Positions 51,046 to 61,834 are shown, counted from the whole stretch's first letter. The stretch: 62,878 nucleotides of DNA, filler included, from Pirum gemmata (GCA_002812295.1; 21 parts of 21 records of this genome joined end to end with filler, not necessarily neighbours in it); one strand, 5' to 3'. The notes: generated from the letters alone by a model not told the origin. Made by a program: numbers and translations.

Positions 51046-51896
51046 AGAAAACAAGAACTTTTTCTTGAAGTAAGTTGAAGACCTTCCAGAAAATTTACTT
51101 GTTCATATTGTATATTTTTCAAGTCAAAAACTCGAGTATTACCTCAAGAAATAATTACAGATTCGAAGTTTGTTTATTTTTAATTGAGCCTTTTAATTAT
51201 TAAATAAGTTTGATTTTTTTTTTAAAAAATTCAATAGTTCGATATAATATGATATTTTTCGGTTTAAAAAGCTCGAGAATATAGATTTTCGAACAGGTGT
51301 TGAGCCCTAGTCCTTAGACATCCTTAAGCCTGGAAAAGAAAAATAAAAGAAAGAAGTAGAAAAAATGTGCTGGGAAAAAGATGCATTTTTCAATTTTTCT
51401 GTTTTTATTTTTTTATTTTTTTTATAAATGGACTAGTCTATGTACAGGCATACTATGCTTTTCATTTATTTTGTTACTCTGAATATTTATTTGGTTGGCT
51501 ATAATATTTAAATTGATATTTTTAAATTAATAAATGTATAATAAAATATACCAAATTAAATTAAATGGATTCATATTGTATTAATTTGGTACTATTTATT
51601 GTATACTTTATGATAACAAAACAACTGAAAAGCATTATAACTTATAAATACCACACACAGTCAGTATTAATATTATGAAACAAATCAACAAATTACAACT
51701 TTAAAATTTAACTATATATAAACTGTAACACTACTGAGTTCACTACTGTAAGTGTGTATAATTGAACTTGTTTATAAAATACCACAAATTAATCAAAATA
51801 TGTCTTATAGTAGTTTACCATAATAATAATTTGGTATGTTTAAAACATGATAATCTATCGACTACTGGTAGAATCCTGTGGTAGAATCTGGAAGTA

Positions 51897-52122
51897 GGGG
51901 TGAGATGACGTCATTTTATTATTACCGAGCAGCTTCCGGAACTTTTCCGATTTTTATGGTTTTTATTACTATTAATGTTAATATTATTACTTTAATTGGT
52001 ATCTACTATAATTAGATTTACTATTTTAAGATATTTAACTGCTATTATTAGGAAGGAGCACCGAACTAAGGTTGGCTCGATAAGCATCTGTTCGAAAACA
52101 GTTCCAGTAGATATCTCACCCC
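51897..52122 (-). mobile_element. MITE family D copy
   Basis: TA|GGGGTGAGAT...ATCTCACCCC|TA; reverse complement of 37278-37499. Confidence 0.85.
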
Positions 52123-52997
52123 TACTAATCTGGACTAGACCCTAATAGCTCTAGCTAGCTAGAGCTAGGATTAGCTCCTACTACTAGCTAGTAGTCAAGC
52201 CTCTAGCTAGCTACTTGTAGCTACTACTAGAGCTAGTTAGTAGTCTCCAGCTATCCATAGCTATTAGTCTAGCTATCATGTAGTAGCTATCATAGAGACT
52301 GGTCTACAGCTCTATGATACTAGCTATCATAGCTAGCTAGCTATTATCGATACTACTAGCTCTAGCTAGACTAGCTAGCTAGACTACCTAGCTACTAGTA
52401 GCTAGTAGGCTAGACTACTGGACTCACCCTAGCTAGCTAGCTAGCTAGCTACTAGCTAGTATGATAGCTAATGACTCTACCAGCTATGATACGATAGCTA
52501 GCTACTATCGATAGCTACTACTAGCTAGCTAGCTAGAAGGCCTGGTGGCTAGACTAAGACACTAGACCCCGCCCCCCCTATATCAGAAAGTATATCAGAT
52601 AGACTATGATAGCTTTCTGGATTATTCGTAGACTAACTATGATAGCTAGCTACTACTAGCTAGACTAGCTCTAGCTAGACCCCACTATGATAGCACTATG
52701 ATAAGTACTAGACCTAGAGTACTAGCTAGACTATGATACCACCTTAGTATTGTATAATATGAGGACTAGTCTACTCTATCATTTGATACCATCATACTCT
52801 AGCTAGCTAGCTAGTAGTAGCTATCTGATAGTAGCTAGCTAATACTAGCTAGCTAGTAGCAGTTCTAGCTAGTAGTAGTACATTATGATAGCTTACTATT
52901 GTAGATATTATTAGTAGATAGTAGACAGCTCTAGCTAGCTAGCTAGCTAGCTGGGTAGACACGTCTAACTAAACACTCCCGTAGACTAGATAGACTA
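52123..52997. repeat. TA-punctuated low-complexity array (TAGC/TAC/TAG/TATCA/TAGAC words)
   Basis: Largest of many such patches. Others: about 3200-3295, 9195-9280, 11260-11340, 12490-12880, 13280-13730, 23350-23770, 53240-53330, 53570-53625 and 56275-56750. Confidence 0.85.
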
Positions 52998-53174
52998 TCG
53001 TGCTTTTCAGTTGTTTTGTCATCATAAAATATTCAATAAAGAGTACCAAATTAATACAATGTAAATCCATTTTATTTAATTTGGTATATTTTATAATCTA
53101 ATTATGAATTTAAAAATACCAATTTAAATATTATAACCAACCAAATAAATATTCAGAGTGAGTGAAAAGCACAA
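52998..53174 (+). mobile_element. MITE family A (Tc1/mariner-type), near-full copy
   Basis: TA|TCGTGCTTTTCA...TGAAAAGCACAA|TA. About 10 more full or partial copies at about 12026, 17789, 17980, 20725, 22707, 23098, 25035, 36787, 51455 and 57590. Confidence 0.85.
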
Positions 53175-53686
53175 TAGATTGTCTATTGATGCCTATTGAT
53201 GCTGCTATATGAGCAAAGGAGTTCATTTTTTTGATTTCTCCTTGCTCTACCAGCTAGTAGTAGCTACTATCATAATATCATAGTGTAGCTAGCTACTAGC
53301 TAGCTAGCTAGCTAGTTAGACTCCTTGCTATGGGGGGAGCATTCAAATACTATCATAGACTACGTAACGCCAACTTCCGGGGTCAAACACAGCTTCAAAT
53401 ACCATTACCTACCTACCCCTCGAAGTTAATTTCTGGTCAAATACCAACTACCTACCTACCCTTGACGTGACGTATTGTTTGAAAAAAATCGAGCTAGTTA
53501 GACCTATGTATAATATTATCAATGTATCAATATTGATAGGATTAGAAGGCAGAGTCCCCCCTGGTAGACCAGCCGACCAGCTACCAGCTAGCTAGCTAGA
53601 CTAGCTAGTAGGGATCTAGCTAGCAGCTGGTGTGGTTTGAACTTTGACTGTTAGAACTTAGAAGTCTTTTAGACTATAGTCTACAT

Positions 53687-53717
<31 letters not shown>

Positions 53718-54022
53718 TAGTCTAGTCTAGGTATATTTTTTGGAAAGGTTTTTTCAGAAGACCAAATGTAGACCAAATTACAAAAAAAAGGTCGCAAAAT
53801 ATGTTGTTTACTATTTAAAAATGCTTTAAAAATCAGAAATAAATGTTGCAAAATAAATAAATAAATAAATAAATGAATGAATAAATAAATAAATANNNNN
53901 NNNNNNNNNNNNNNNNNNNNNNNNNNNNNNNNNNNNNNNTTAATTAATTAANNNNNNNNNNNNNNNNNNNNNNNNNNNNNNNNNNNNNNNNNNNNTAATA
54001 ATAATAATAATAATAATAAAAC

Positions 54023-55742
54023 CTTGACAATCGACTATCAGTTGACCTCCTTGTTTCATACTCTTATGGATTTTACGCAACATACCAATTGGATCAGGGG
54101 TATGGTAAAGGACGCCTAGACAAAACGAAACATCAAACATGGCTGGGAACAAATCCATACTTTCACCTTTCAAAATCTCAAGATGGATATTATTTACTCC
54201 TGACACTCGACGAAAAGTTTGAAATTCTAACCAAGCATGTAAACTGGGGTCCAAACCCACAATTAATTTAGGATTAGCCTCTAACATTCTAAACATAAAA
54301 TACCCATTACCACATCCCAAATCACAAATTACTTTATCCTTCATACTAACGTGTTTTTTGATACGTTCCCACTTCCAATCCGAACGCCATTCTGTGTCAA
54401 TTTGCAGTCCAAAAATATTAAGCGGACCCTTTTTCCATGGTTTTAATTTATGAGCTAACCCTTCCCAGATTTGGTATTGTTCAGGAGTTATTTCAGAATC
54501 CTTATCACCAATTGTCAATACACTATCGTTTACAATAAAAGTTTTTGATAGACTTGATTTGTCATCATCACTTCCACCATCATTGGACTTAGGGGTGGGC
54601 AAACTAAGAATATCTTTTGCAATATCGTCAAACTCGGCACACATACCAACACTAAGACCTTGTTTACGAGAAAAGACATTGATTCTCTCCAAGCATAATG
54701 TTTGGATATGTGCCGTATTTAAAAATTCGTTAAGATAAATAGGATTATATTCAAACATACTATCGATATAGGGTGTTTTGACTTCTTGGTTATTTTTACC
54801 GATGGTTAACTTCATTCCACTCTTACGAGCTACAAAAGTGGTAAAATTATTCCATTTCGCTAAAATCTCCACATGCTCGAAACCAACAGAGTGTAAAGCA
54901 CTTTTCATTTCATCCTCAGTGAAAGGTACTAAAACATTCATCAAAGCATCTTTTTTACGAGCAATGTAACGTTTGGAATAACCACGGCGCTCTTTAAAAT
55001 CTTCGTAAATCCAAGTACAGGTTTCTTGGTATTCTGCATCATCTGATCTCACTTTTTCGGAAATAAAAATAACTCCATTCTCAACTAAACCGTTAAAGAT
55101 ATCACGCAGTGTTTCGTATCTTTGAGGAATCGGAATGAACTGTAAAGTATAGTTCATAATAACAAAAGATGCATTGTTAATGGGAAACCCAACAATATCA
55201 CCAGTGATGATATCGCATTGGTGTTTGTCACAAACCCAGCTTAGTTTTTTTTTACATTCATTCACCATAGCTTCACTATTATCAATGCCAACAAACTCAC
55301 CCACTTTGTCACCGTGAAAAGATCTGGCTACTACCTCTATTGTTGTACCAGTACTACAGCCCAAGTCAACAATTTTCGTACCTGGTACATAATAGCGATG
55401 TACCCAATAAATCAACAAATCAATAACCTCGCAGTATAATGGAACAGAACGCGATACCATATCATCAAAAACGTCAACCACCTCTTTGTTAAACTCGAAG
55501 GGTTTGGGACCGAAATGGTCATATAATTGATCAACTCGTCCAACAAAATTTAGCTCATACCTAGCATCAGGGTGATAAGGTCCTAGTTTTCCATGATTTT
55601 CTGGCTCTAACTCTTCATCTTCATTGTCGGGTTTGTTTTTACGGTTTTTTTTATCATCATTACTCAGTTTGTACCATAGTACAAAAGCAATGCAAGTCGA
55701 GACAATTGCATTAGCTCCCAAATACAATAAAATTTTGGTCAT
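54023..55742 (-). CDS. cmoA-cmoB: CmoA-CmoB fusion (carboxy-SAM synthase + tRNA U34 carboxymethyltransferase) with an N-terminal membrane anchor; first exon, 3'-partial
   Basis: CmoA motifs FEFNKEVVDVFDDMVSRSVPLY, DLGCSTG, GIDNSEAM, NYTLQFI, SEK and DFKERRGYS. CmoB motifs LKPWKKGP, IDTEWRSDWKWER, DLGCGNGYFMFRM, GLDPS and GVLYHTPDP. The coding signal stops at CAA G|GTTTT followed by (ATT)n, a probable intron. Confidence 0.92.
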
Positions 55743-56982
55743 TCTGGTTTCCTATTTTTATTACTTATTTATTTTTAATTTGGTGAAGTAGATAAAGGAA
55801 AAGAAAATATTATTTACAATAATATAAATGTTATGTACTCATACTATTGATACGTAAATAAAAATAATAAAACTTAATTTTGTGATTATTTTTATATTAT
55901 TATGATATTTATAAATAACATATCACAGTAATATACATATATCATGCCACATAACCTGTATTAATATATTAATAAATAATATCATATCAATATCTGACTG
56001 ATATCTGATAAATACGATAATGATAATATGTATTGGTTAACTTTTTTATTTTTTATTTTTAGGATATTATTATTTGGTATTTCAAAATTTAATAATTGGT
56101 AGTTAATTTGTACTATTAAATAAGCAAAAGTAATAAATGGCTTAAATTGGTAGTAATTAAAGTTAAAAAATAATATTTTGGTTTTTAAGTATTTTGGTAG
56201 GTCTCATCTAATAGGTCTAGATGGCTTTTTGGAGTTTCTTCTCTCAGTTTCTTCTTTTGCTTTTGTGCTTTTGGTCTCTCTAGCTAGCAGCTAATAGAGT
56301 CCTAACTAATAGACTAGCTAGTGATGAGCACATGGAGAGTCAGCTAGACTACTAGCTAGCTAGAATAGTCTAGCTAGTCTACGATAGTTGGAACTTCTCA
56401 CTACTTCTCTTTTGGAACTAGCTAGACTAATACCCTTAGCTAGCTAGAGCACTACTACTAGCTAGAGCTAGAGCCCCCTAGTACAGCCCCCTAGTATCAT
56501 AGCTAGCCAGTAGCTCAGTAGCTACTAGCTAGCTAGGTAGTAGGCGCACCTAGCTAGCTAGAGGTAGCTATCGATAGTCTAGCTAGAGGATAGTCTAGCT
56601 AGTAGACCCCCCCATCGATAGTAGTGAAGTAGTCTAGTTAGGCCGCTTAGGCGCACAGAGGCGCATCTTAGCTAGCTCTAGCTAGCTATCATAGTAGTCT
56701 CTAGCTAGCTACTAGCTAGAGAGTAGTACTAGCTAGCTAGAGAGTAGTACGAGTGACACTAAATGGTACACACTTAAAATGTATTGCGTCATTTTTTATA
56801 ATTAAAATGGTTATATGACGTCATAAAATTTAAGTGACGTACATAAAAAAATTCTCAGAAAGGGTAATTTTTTTTTTATTTTNNNNNNNNNNNNNNNNNN
56901 NNNNNNNNNNNNNNNNNNNNNNNNNNTTAATTAATTAANNNNNNNNNNNNNNNNNNNNNNNNNNNNNNNNNNNNNNNNNNNN

Positions 56983-57270
56983 ATGGATACGATATTTACA
57001 ATTTAGGATGACATATTAACAAAAATGGATGACATTTTTAAAAGAAAGAATAATTATTAAAACCTACCAAATTAACATCCAAATATTAATTTGGTATGTT
57101 ATAATTCCAAATCGGATACATTATAATTTAAAACCTACCAAATTATTAATTACTGATAAAAGTGGATACGATATTTACAATTTAGGATACAATATTTACA
57201 ACAATGGATACGATATTTACAATTTAGGATGACATATTAACAAAAATGGATGACATTTTTAAAAGAAAGA
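56983..57270 (+). repeat. Direct repeats (about 67-bp unit twice, plus GGATAC(G/A)ATATTTACAA subrepeats)
   Basis: 56983-57049 is repeated at 57204-57270. Confidence 0.85.
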
Positions 57271-57716
57271 TTATTGTAGCCTAATTTGATTTGTTGCTAT
57301 TTAATTTCTGAACAAAAAAAAAAAAGAAAACGAAATGATTGCAAATAAGTATAGTCAACTGAATGTACTATCGGTAGGTAGTAGGAAGTTTACAGTTTAC
57401 TTGTATTTATTTTTATTGCGTTAATTTTCTTTTGAGCACATTTTGTATATTGAAACAAATTCTATTCTTTCAATTGTCAACAGGATCGGTTTTAATTCGA
57501 GCTTTTACCAGTATAGCTTTCATGAAGATGCGATCATCCTTGACAGAGACCTGCTTGATTTTAAAAGATGCCGAGACCTAGATTAATAAATAATACCAAA
57601 TTAATACAATATAAATCCATTTAATTTAATTTTGGTACTATTTATTTATTTAAAAATGTCAATTTAAAGATTATATAATTGCAGTAAGTGTATTGTTAGG
57701 TTAGTAGTATTGTAGT

Positions 57717-58139
57717 TTAGGGAATGTAATAGTGTACCATTAGCTCTGTGTTTGAATAATCTTTAGCGTTGAAATCGGGTAAATGTTGGTCGTTTACTAA
57801 AAATAGAGGTGTACGTTTTTCGTCGTATTTGAGGGTAATATCACTACTTTCATCATAGATCAAAGTGTCAATCCCTAAAATGTCAGACACCATTTGATAG
57901 TATTTTCGTTTAATAAATACAATACCATCCTCATGTTCATTTGTAGGGTTAACTTTCATAGAAGCAAAAGTCGAACCATTACAATATAGACCGTTAGGAG
58001 CAATACCATCTACTCTGTAGAAGTTGAATGGATTTCTAGGGAAAAATATGAGGTACCCATTGCAAGAATATGGTTTTGGGTTTAAACTCAAGCTGTTTAA
58101 GTCTTCTGTGGTTAGTGAATGTAAATTAATAGCTACCAT
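57717..58139 (-). CDS. Hypothetical intronless protein (140 aa), possibly virus- or element-derived
   Basis: Normal-complexity ORF, co-oriented with and about 220 nt downstream of the 421-aa ORF. Confidence 0.65.
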   Translation of the reverse strand: MVAINLHSLTTEDLNSLSLNPKPYSCNGYLIFFPRNPFNFYRVDGIAPNGLYCNGSTFASMKVNPTNEHEDGIVFIKRKYYQMVSDILGIDTLIYDESSDITLKYDEKRTPLFLVNDQHLPDFNAKDYSNTELMVHYYIP

Positions 58140-58358
58140 GTTTGATTAATTAATAAATACATTTTTTTTTTTTGTTATATTTGTGAACCCCATTTATTTA
58201 TACTCATTTTTTATCTATGTGATATACATTATAATTATTAGACTACTATTAGACTATACAATTATAATTAAATTTTTTTCTTCTACAGTTGAAATTTCGA
58301 ACCCCTGAAGTGGGGGCGCTGTTCTAGCTAGCTAGCCAGATCTTTTATGTAAAAAAAA

Positions 58359-59624
58359 CTAAATAGAAATATTGTTTTTTAATTGGTTAAAATATTCAAG
58401 GTTTTTGTCAATCAAAAATTTTCGCAAATAAAATTTATATTCGATACTCAGTCGATGAGCCCTAGATTGAGCAATTTGAGTTTGTTCGAATATCGAGCGG
58501 TTGTCGTTCTTAAATCGATCGAAATTAATAAATATCTTGCGCAAAATATAGATTCGACTGATCTGAAGACCTAATATTTCCATTAATCGTACAAAATGGA
58601 AAGTTTTTAATTTTTCGAGCTGAAGATTGATATCAATATCTTGATCGAATTTCAAAACTATATTTACATAGTCAGAAGTTTTAGCTAAGGTTACAAAGCG
58701 TACTGTGTTTTTATCTATAATAACCGCATTTTGATAGTCTACTAAGTATCTCATAATAGAGTAATTTTTTTCACAAAAGAGTAGAGTTGCCAATAAATTA
58801 ATATAAGGGTCTTGCTTAATAGCTAGTATATTGTTTTTGTATTTATCAAGTATTTCAAGACCACTGGGTGTATGCCAGTATAGTTTTTCATATTTTTTTT
58901 CAGTTTCTGTAAAAGTTAAGGTTTTTAAATCAGTCTGACAATCAGCACAAGATAAATAAAATTTATATTCAGTGTCGCTAAACAAATTATAATGATTAAA
59001 TAAAATCAATAAATTGCTTACACCCTTAGCAATATCATTGTAATGCTCATCTTTAACTTTAAGTAATACATTATTACTAACCATACCTTCTAACCAATCG
59101 TTTGTATAAATTGTAATAAGCATTTGATCATTTAATTTATCTATGTGGTATTCATAATTAGAGTAGTACTGTTTTAACAACTTTAAACATTTTCTTATTG
59201 TAGAGACCCTACTACTAATAGCATTGCTTTTATCTTTAACGTTGCCGTATGAAGTATCAACAAGCTTATGTATGCCTTCTTTTATTGTTAGTTTAGTAGG
59301 TACATTCTTAATGTTAACTTTATCACATAATTGAATATTAATTTTATGACTATTATTATTTTTAACTAAGTTGGTTTGGTACTTATTTATAACTTTTTCT
59401 TCTTCAGTCTCTAATTCAGCATCCAGATTAGCAATTGTATTAATATTGATATTTTTATTATCAGAGGTATTGTAATCATTATCATTAACATGCTTATCAG
59501 CAGCTATCATTATTTCTAATTTACGATCGTTAATTAAGTCGACAATTCTTTTTTGGCAGTTTAAGTACCATGTTTTATCTTGAATCGATAATAGTTCAAA
59601 GTCTTTTTCGTCTATAGTAAACAT
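58359..59624 (-). CDS. Intronless 421-aa protein with a divergent tyrosine-recombinase-like C-terminal domain
   Basis: Ordered candidate catalytic motifs MRYLVDY (R), LAKTS (K), IYILRKIFI (HxLR position), IAQSRAH (H) and KFY (Y). Asn/Lys/Ile-rich composition. Confidence 0.6.
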   Translation of the reverse strand: MFTIDEKDFELLSIQDKTWYLNCQKRIVDLINDRKLEIMIAADKHVNDNDYNTSDNKNININTIANLDAELETEEEKVINKYQTNLVKNNNSHKINIQLCDKVNIKNVPTKLTIKEGIHKLVDTSYGNVKDKSNAISSRVSTIRKCLKLLKQYYSNYEYHIDKLNDQMLITIYTNDWLEGMVSNNVLLKVKDEHYNDIAKGVSNLLILFNHYNLFSDTEYKFYLSCADCQTDLKTLTFTETEKKYEKLYWHTPSGLEILDKYKNNILAIKQDPYINLLATLLFCEKNYSIMRYLVDYQNAVIIDKNTVRFVTLAKTSDYVNIVLKFDQDIDINLQLEKLKTFHFVRLMEILGLQISRIYILRKIFINFDRFKNDNRSIFEQTQIAQSRAHRLSIEYKFYLRKFLIDKNLEYFNQLKNNISI

Positions 59625-59995
59625 TGTGTTTCTGTTAGCAGCTATTAATATTTTATTATTAGGTTTTTTTCTTTTTAAAACAAAAAAAAAGACAATATAT
59701 ATAGTAACACTAACATAACCTTTTTTAATTAAGTGTTTTTATTACGTTCTATTATTATTTTTTTTTTCTACTGTCGTTTTTTTTTTTGTATCATGGAGTC
59801 AGACAGGAGTCTAACAAAGGTTTTTTTTTTTCTACTATCGTTTTTTTTTATCGTTGAGTCTAACTAGGTTTATTTTTTTTTTCTACTATCGTTTTNNNNN
59901 NNNNNNNNNNNNNNNNNNNNNNNNNNNNNNNNNNNNNNNTTAATTAATTAANNNNNNNNNNNNNNNNNNNNNNNNNNNNNNNNNNNNNNNNNNNN

Positions 59996-60027
<32 letters not shown>

Positions 60028-60052
60028 GCTATCGATAAGCTATCTAGGATAA

Positions 60053-60197
60053 GGGAGCGATCAAATACTACGTAACGCCGATTTCTGGTCAAATTCAGCT
60101 TCAAATGCCCCTACCTTCCTACCCCTCGACATTAATTTCCGGTCAAATAGCACCTACCAACCTATCCCTTGACGTGATGTATTATTTGAATGCTCCT
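60053..60197 (+). mobile_element. MITE family C (PIF/Harbinger Tourist-like), full copy with TAA target duplication
   Basis: TAA|GGGAGCGATCAAATA...TATTTGAATGCTCCT|TAA. Other copies at about 20642, 23285, 36969, 38116, 43350, 43645, 47559 and 53335. Confidence 0.85.
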
Positions 60198-61483
60198 TAA
60201 GCTATCAATAAGCTATCGATAAGCTAATTACAGTGAGTACCTGTCAGGACAAAGAGCTCGTGGTGGTGGCGCTGATGAGTGTTACTTGATTGTTATTAGA
60301 TTTTAATTAAATATCATAAATGTTAACGTTATATTGAAGTGGAATAACAATAATAACAACAACAACAATAACAACAATAACAATAGCAATAACACAACAT
60401 AAATATCTTAAATGTTATATTGAAGTGGAATAACAACAATAATAACAATAACAATAACAACAATATTAATAACAACCTGCTCTTTTTTTTAAATCAATTT
60501 ATCATAGGCTCCTTGAAAATATTCAAGGAGGCTATGAATTTATATAACAATATTAATTACTTTGTTTGAACCTGATGTTTTTAAAAAAATATTTTTCTTG
60601 TTCGATTCTCTTGTTCAATTGGTTTGAACCTGCTTTTTTTTTAATTCAATTTATATACAACAATATTAATTGGTGTTAATCTGCTGTTTTTTTAAAATTA
60701 TTATTTCTCTTGTTCAATTGTCTTGTTCATTTTGCCTTGTTCAGTTTGATGTTTTTTTAAAAAATATATTATTTGTCTTGTTCAATTCTTTTGTTCAATG
60801 CCCGTCAAAGCTACAATCTAGTCTTTTGATTTTCGTTTANATATCTATTATTTTTTATTTCTAAACTTTTAGTCTTGTTAGAAAATTTAATGGCAGTTTA
60901 AACTTGGAAGGCTACTAGCTAGTTAACCGTCGAAAAATATATTATATTCTTTGGTATTTATGTATTAGGGTTATACATTCAAAAGAAAATAAACTATTTT
61001 TAAATCTAACCTCCTAAACAATCATTAATCAAATAGAGTTTAATTAAATTAATTAACTGCGAAATTTATCTTTCCTAAAACTGTCATATGGTATTCTAGA
61101 AAATTACTGACATAATTAACGTGTAATTACTTTGCATTATGAGAGAGCCTAGGTTGGAAATTTAGTTTAGTTTTTTATTCATCCATATATGCATGTGAAT
61201 GCCATTGGGAAAAATCACAATTAGAAATGGATTCTCATTTTTCTCAAAGATGGATAATTATTCCAGTTTATGATCAAGCTTGTTTTCATTGCCGAATTTG
61301 AAGCAAACTACCTAACCCTGATTTACAACCCTATTATACCTTAATTATCCCTAACGGATTCTCAATTTTTTCAACGAAGGAGAATTATTCCTGTGGGTTA
61401 ATTCGATTCAAATGTATTAACAAAACCCGAACAAAGACAAAACAAACAAACAAACAAACAAACAAACATACAAAAAAACTTAC

Positions 61484-61834
61484 GTAAACTTTGTAATATA
61501 TTGGCATTGGCATAACTACAATACCAAAGGTAACCGATGATAGCAAGGAAAAGATAGTTGATTAATACTGTACTGTGACATGTAATAACCAAAACATTCA
61601 CTCTTGTTTGTACTTGATTGTTTTTCATATTGGAAAACACATCCACATAACACCAGGCAGAGTTCAAAGCAAAGGCGATTAGAGGAATTGCATTAATACA
61701 GTTAACAGCCGATGTTGGCTATATATGAAGTGTTGGTTGAATAGTGTAATCAATATCAATATCAGTTGATGCAGCAGCCGCAGAATTGTTATAATAAAAC
61801 CAAGCGTTGGGACACCCTGTTGTTTCGTAGTCAT
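61484..61834 (-). pseudogene. Amino-acid transporter (Aa_trans/SLC38-AVT-like) exon or fragment with an in-frame TAG
   Basis: DYETTGCPNAWFYY...TLHI*PTSAVNCINAIPLIAFALNSAWCYVDVFSNMKN...YLFLAIIGYLWYCSYANANILQSL, then donor GTAAGT. Matches the AIP.I.FA...GYL.F......NIL pattern. Confidence 0.55.

Noticed and set aside
27710..55742. Apparent clustering of tRNA wobble-modification genes (QTRT1 and cmoA-cmoB)
   Set aside because: They lie on different, arbitrarily concatenated fragments, so there is no evidence of linkage.
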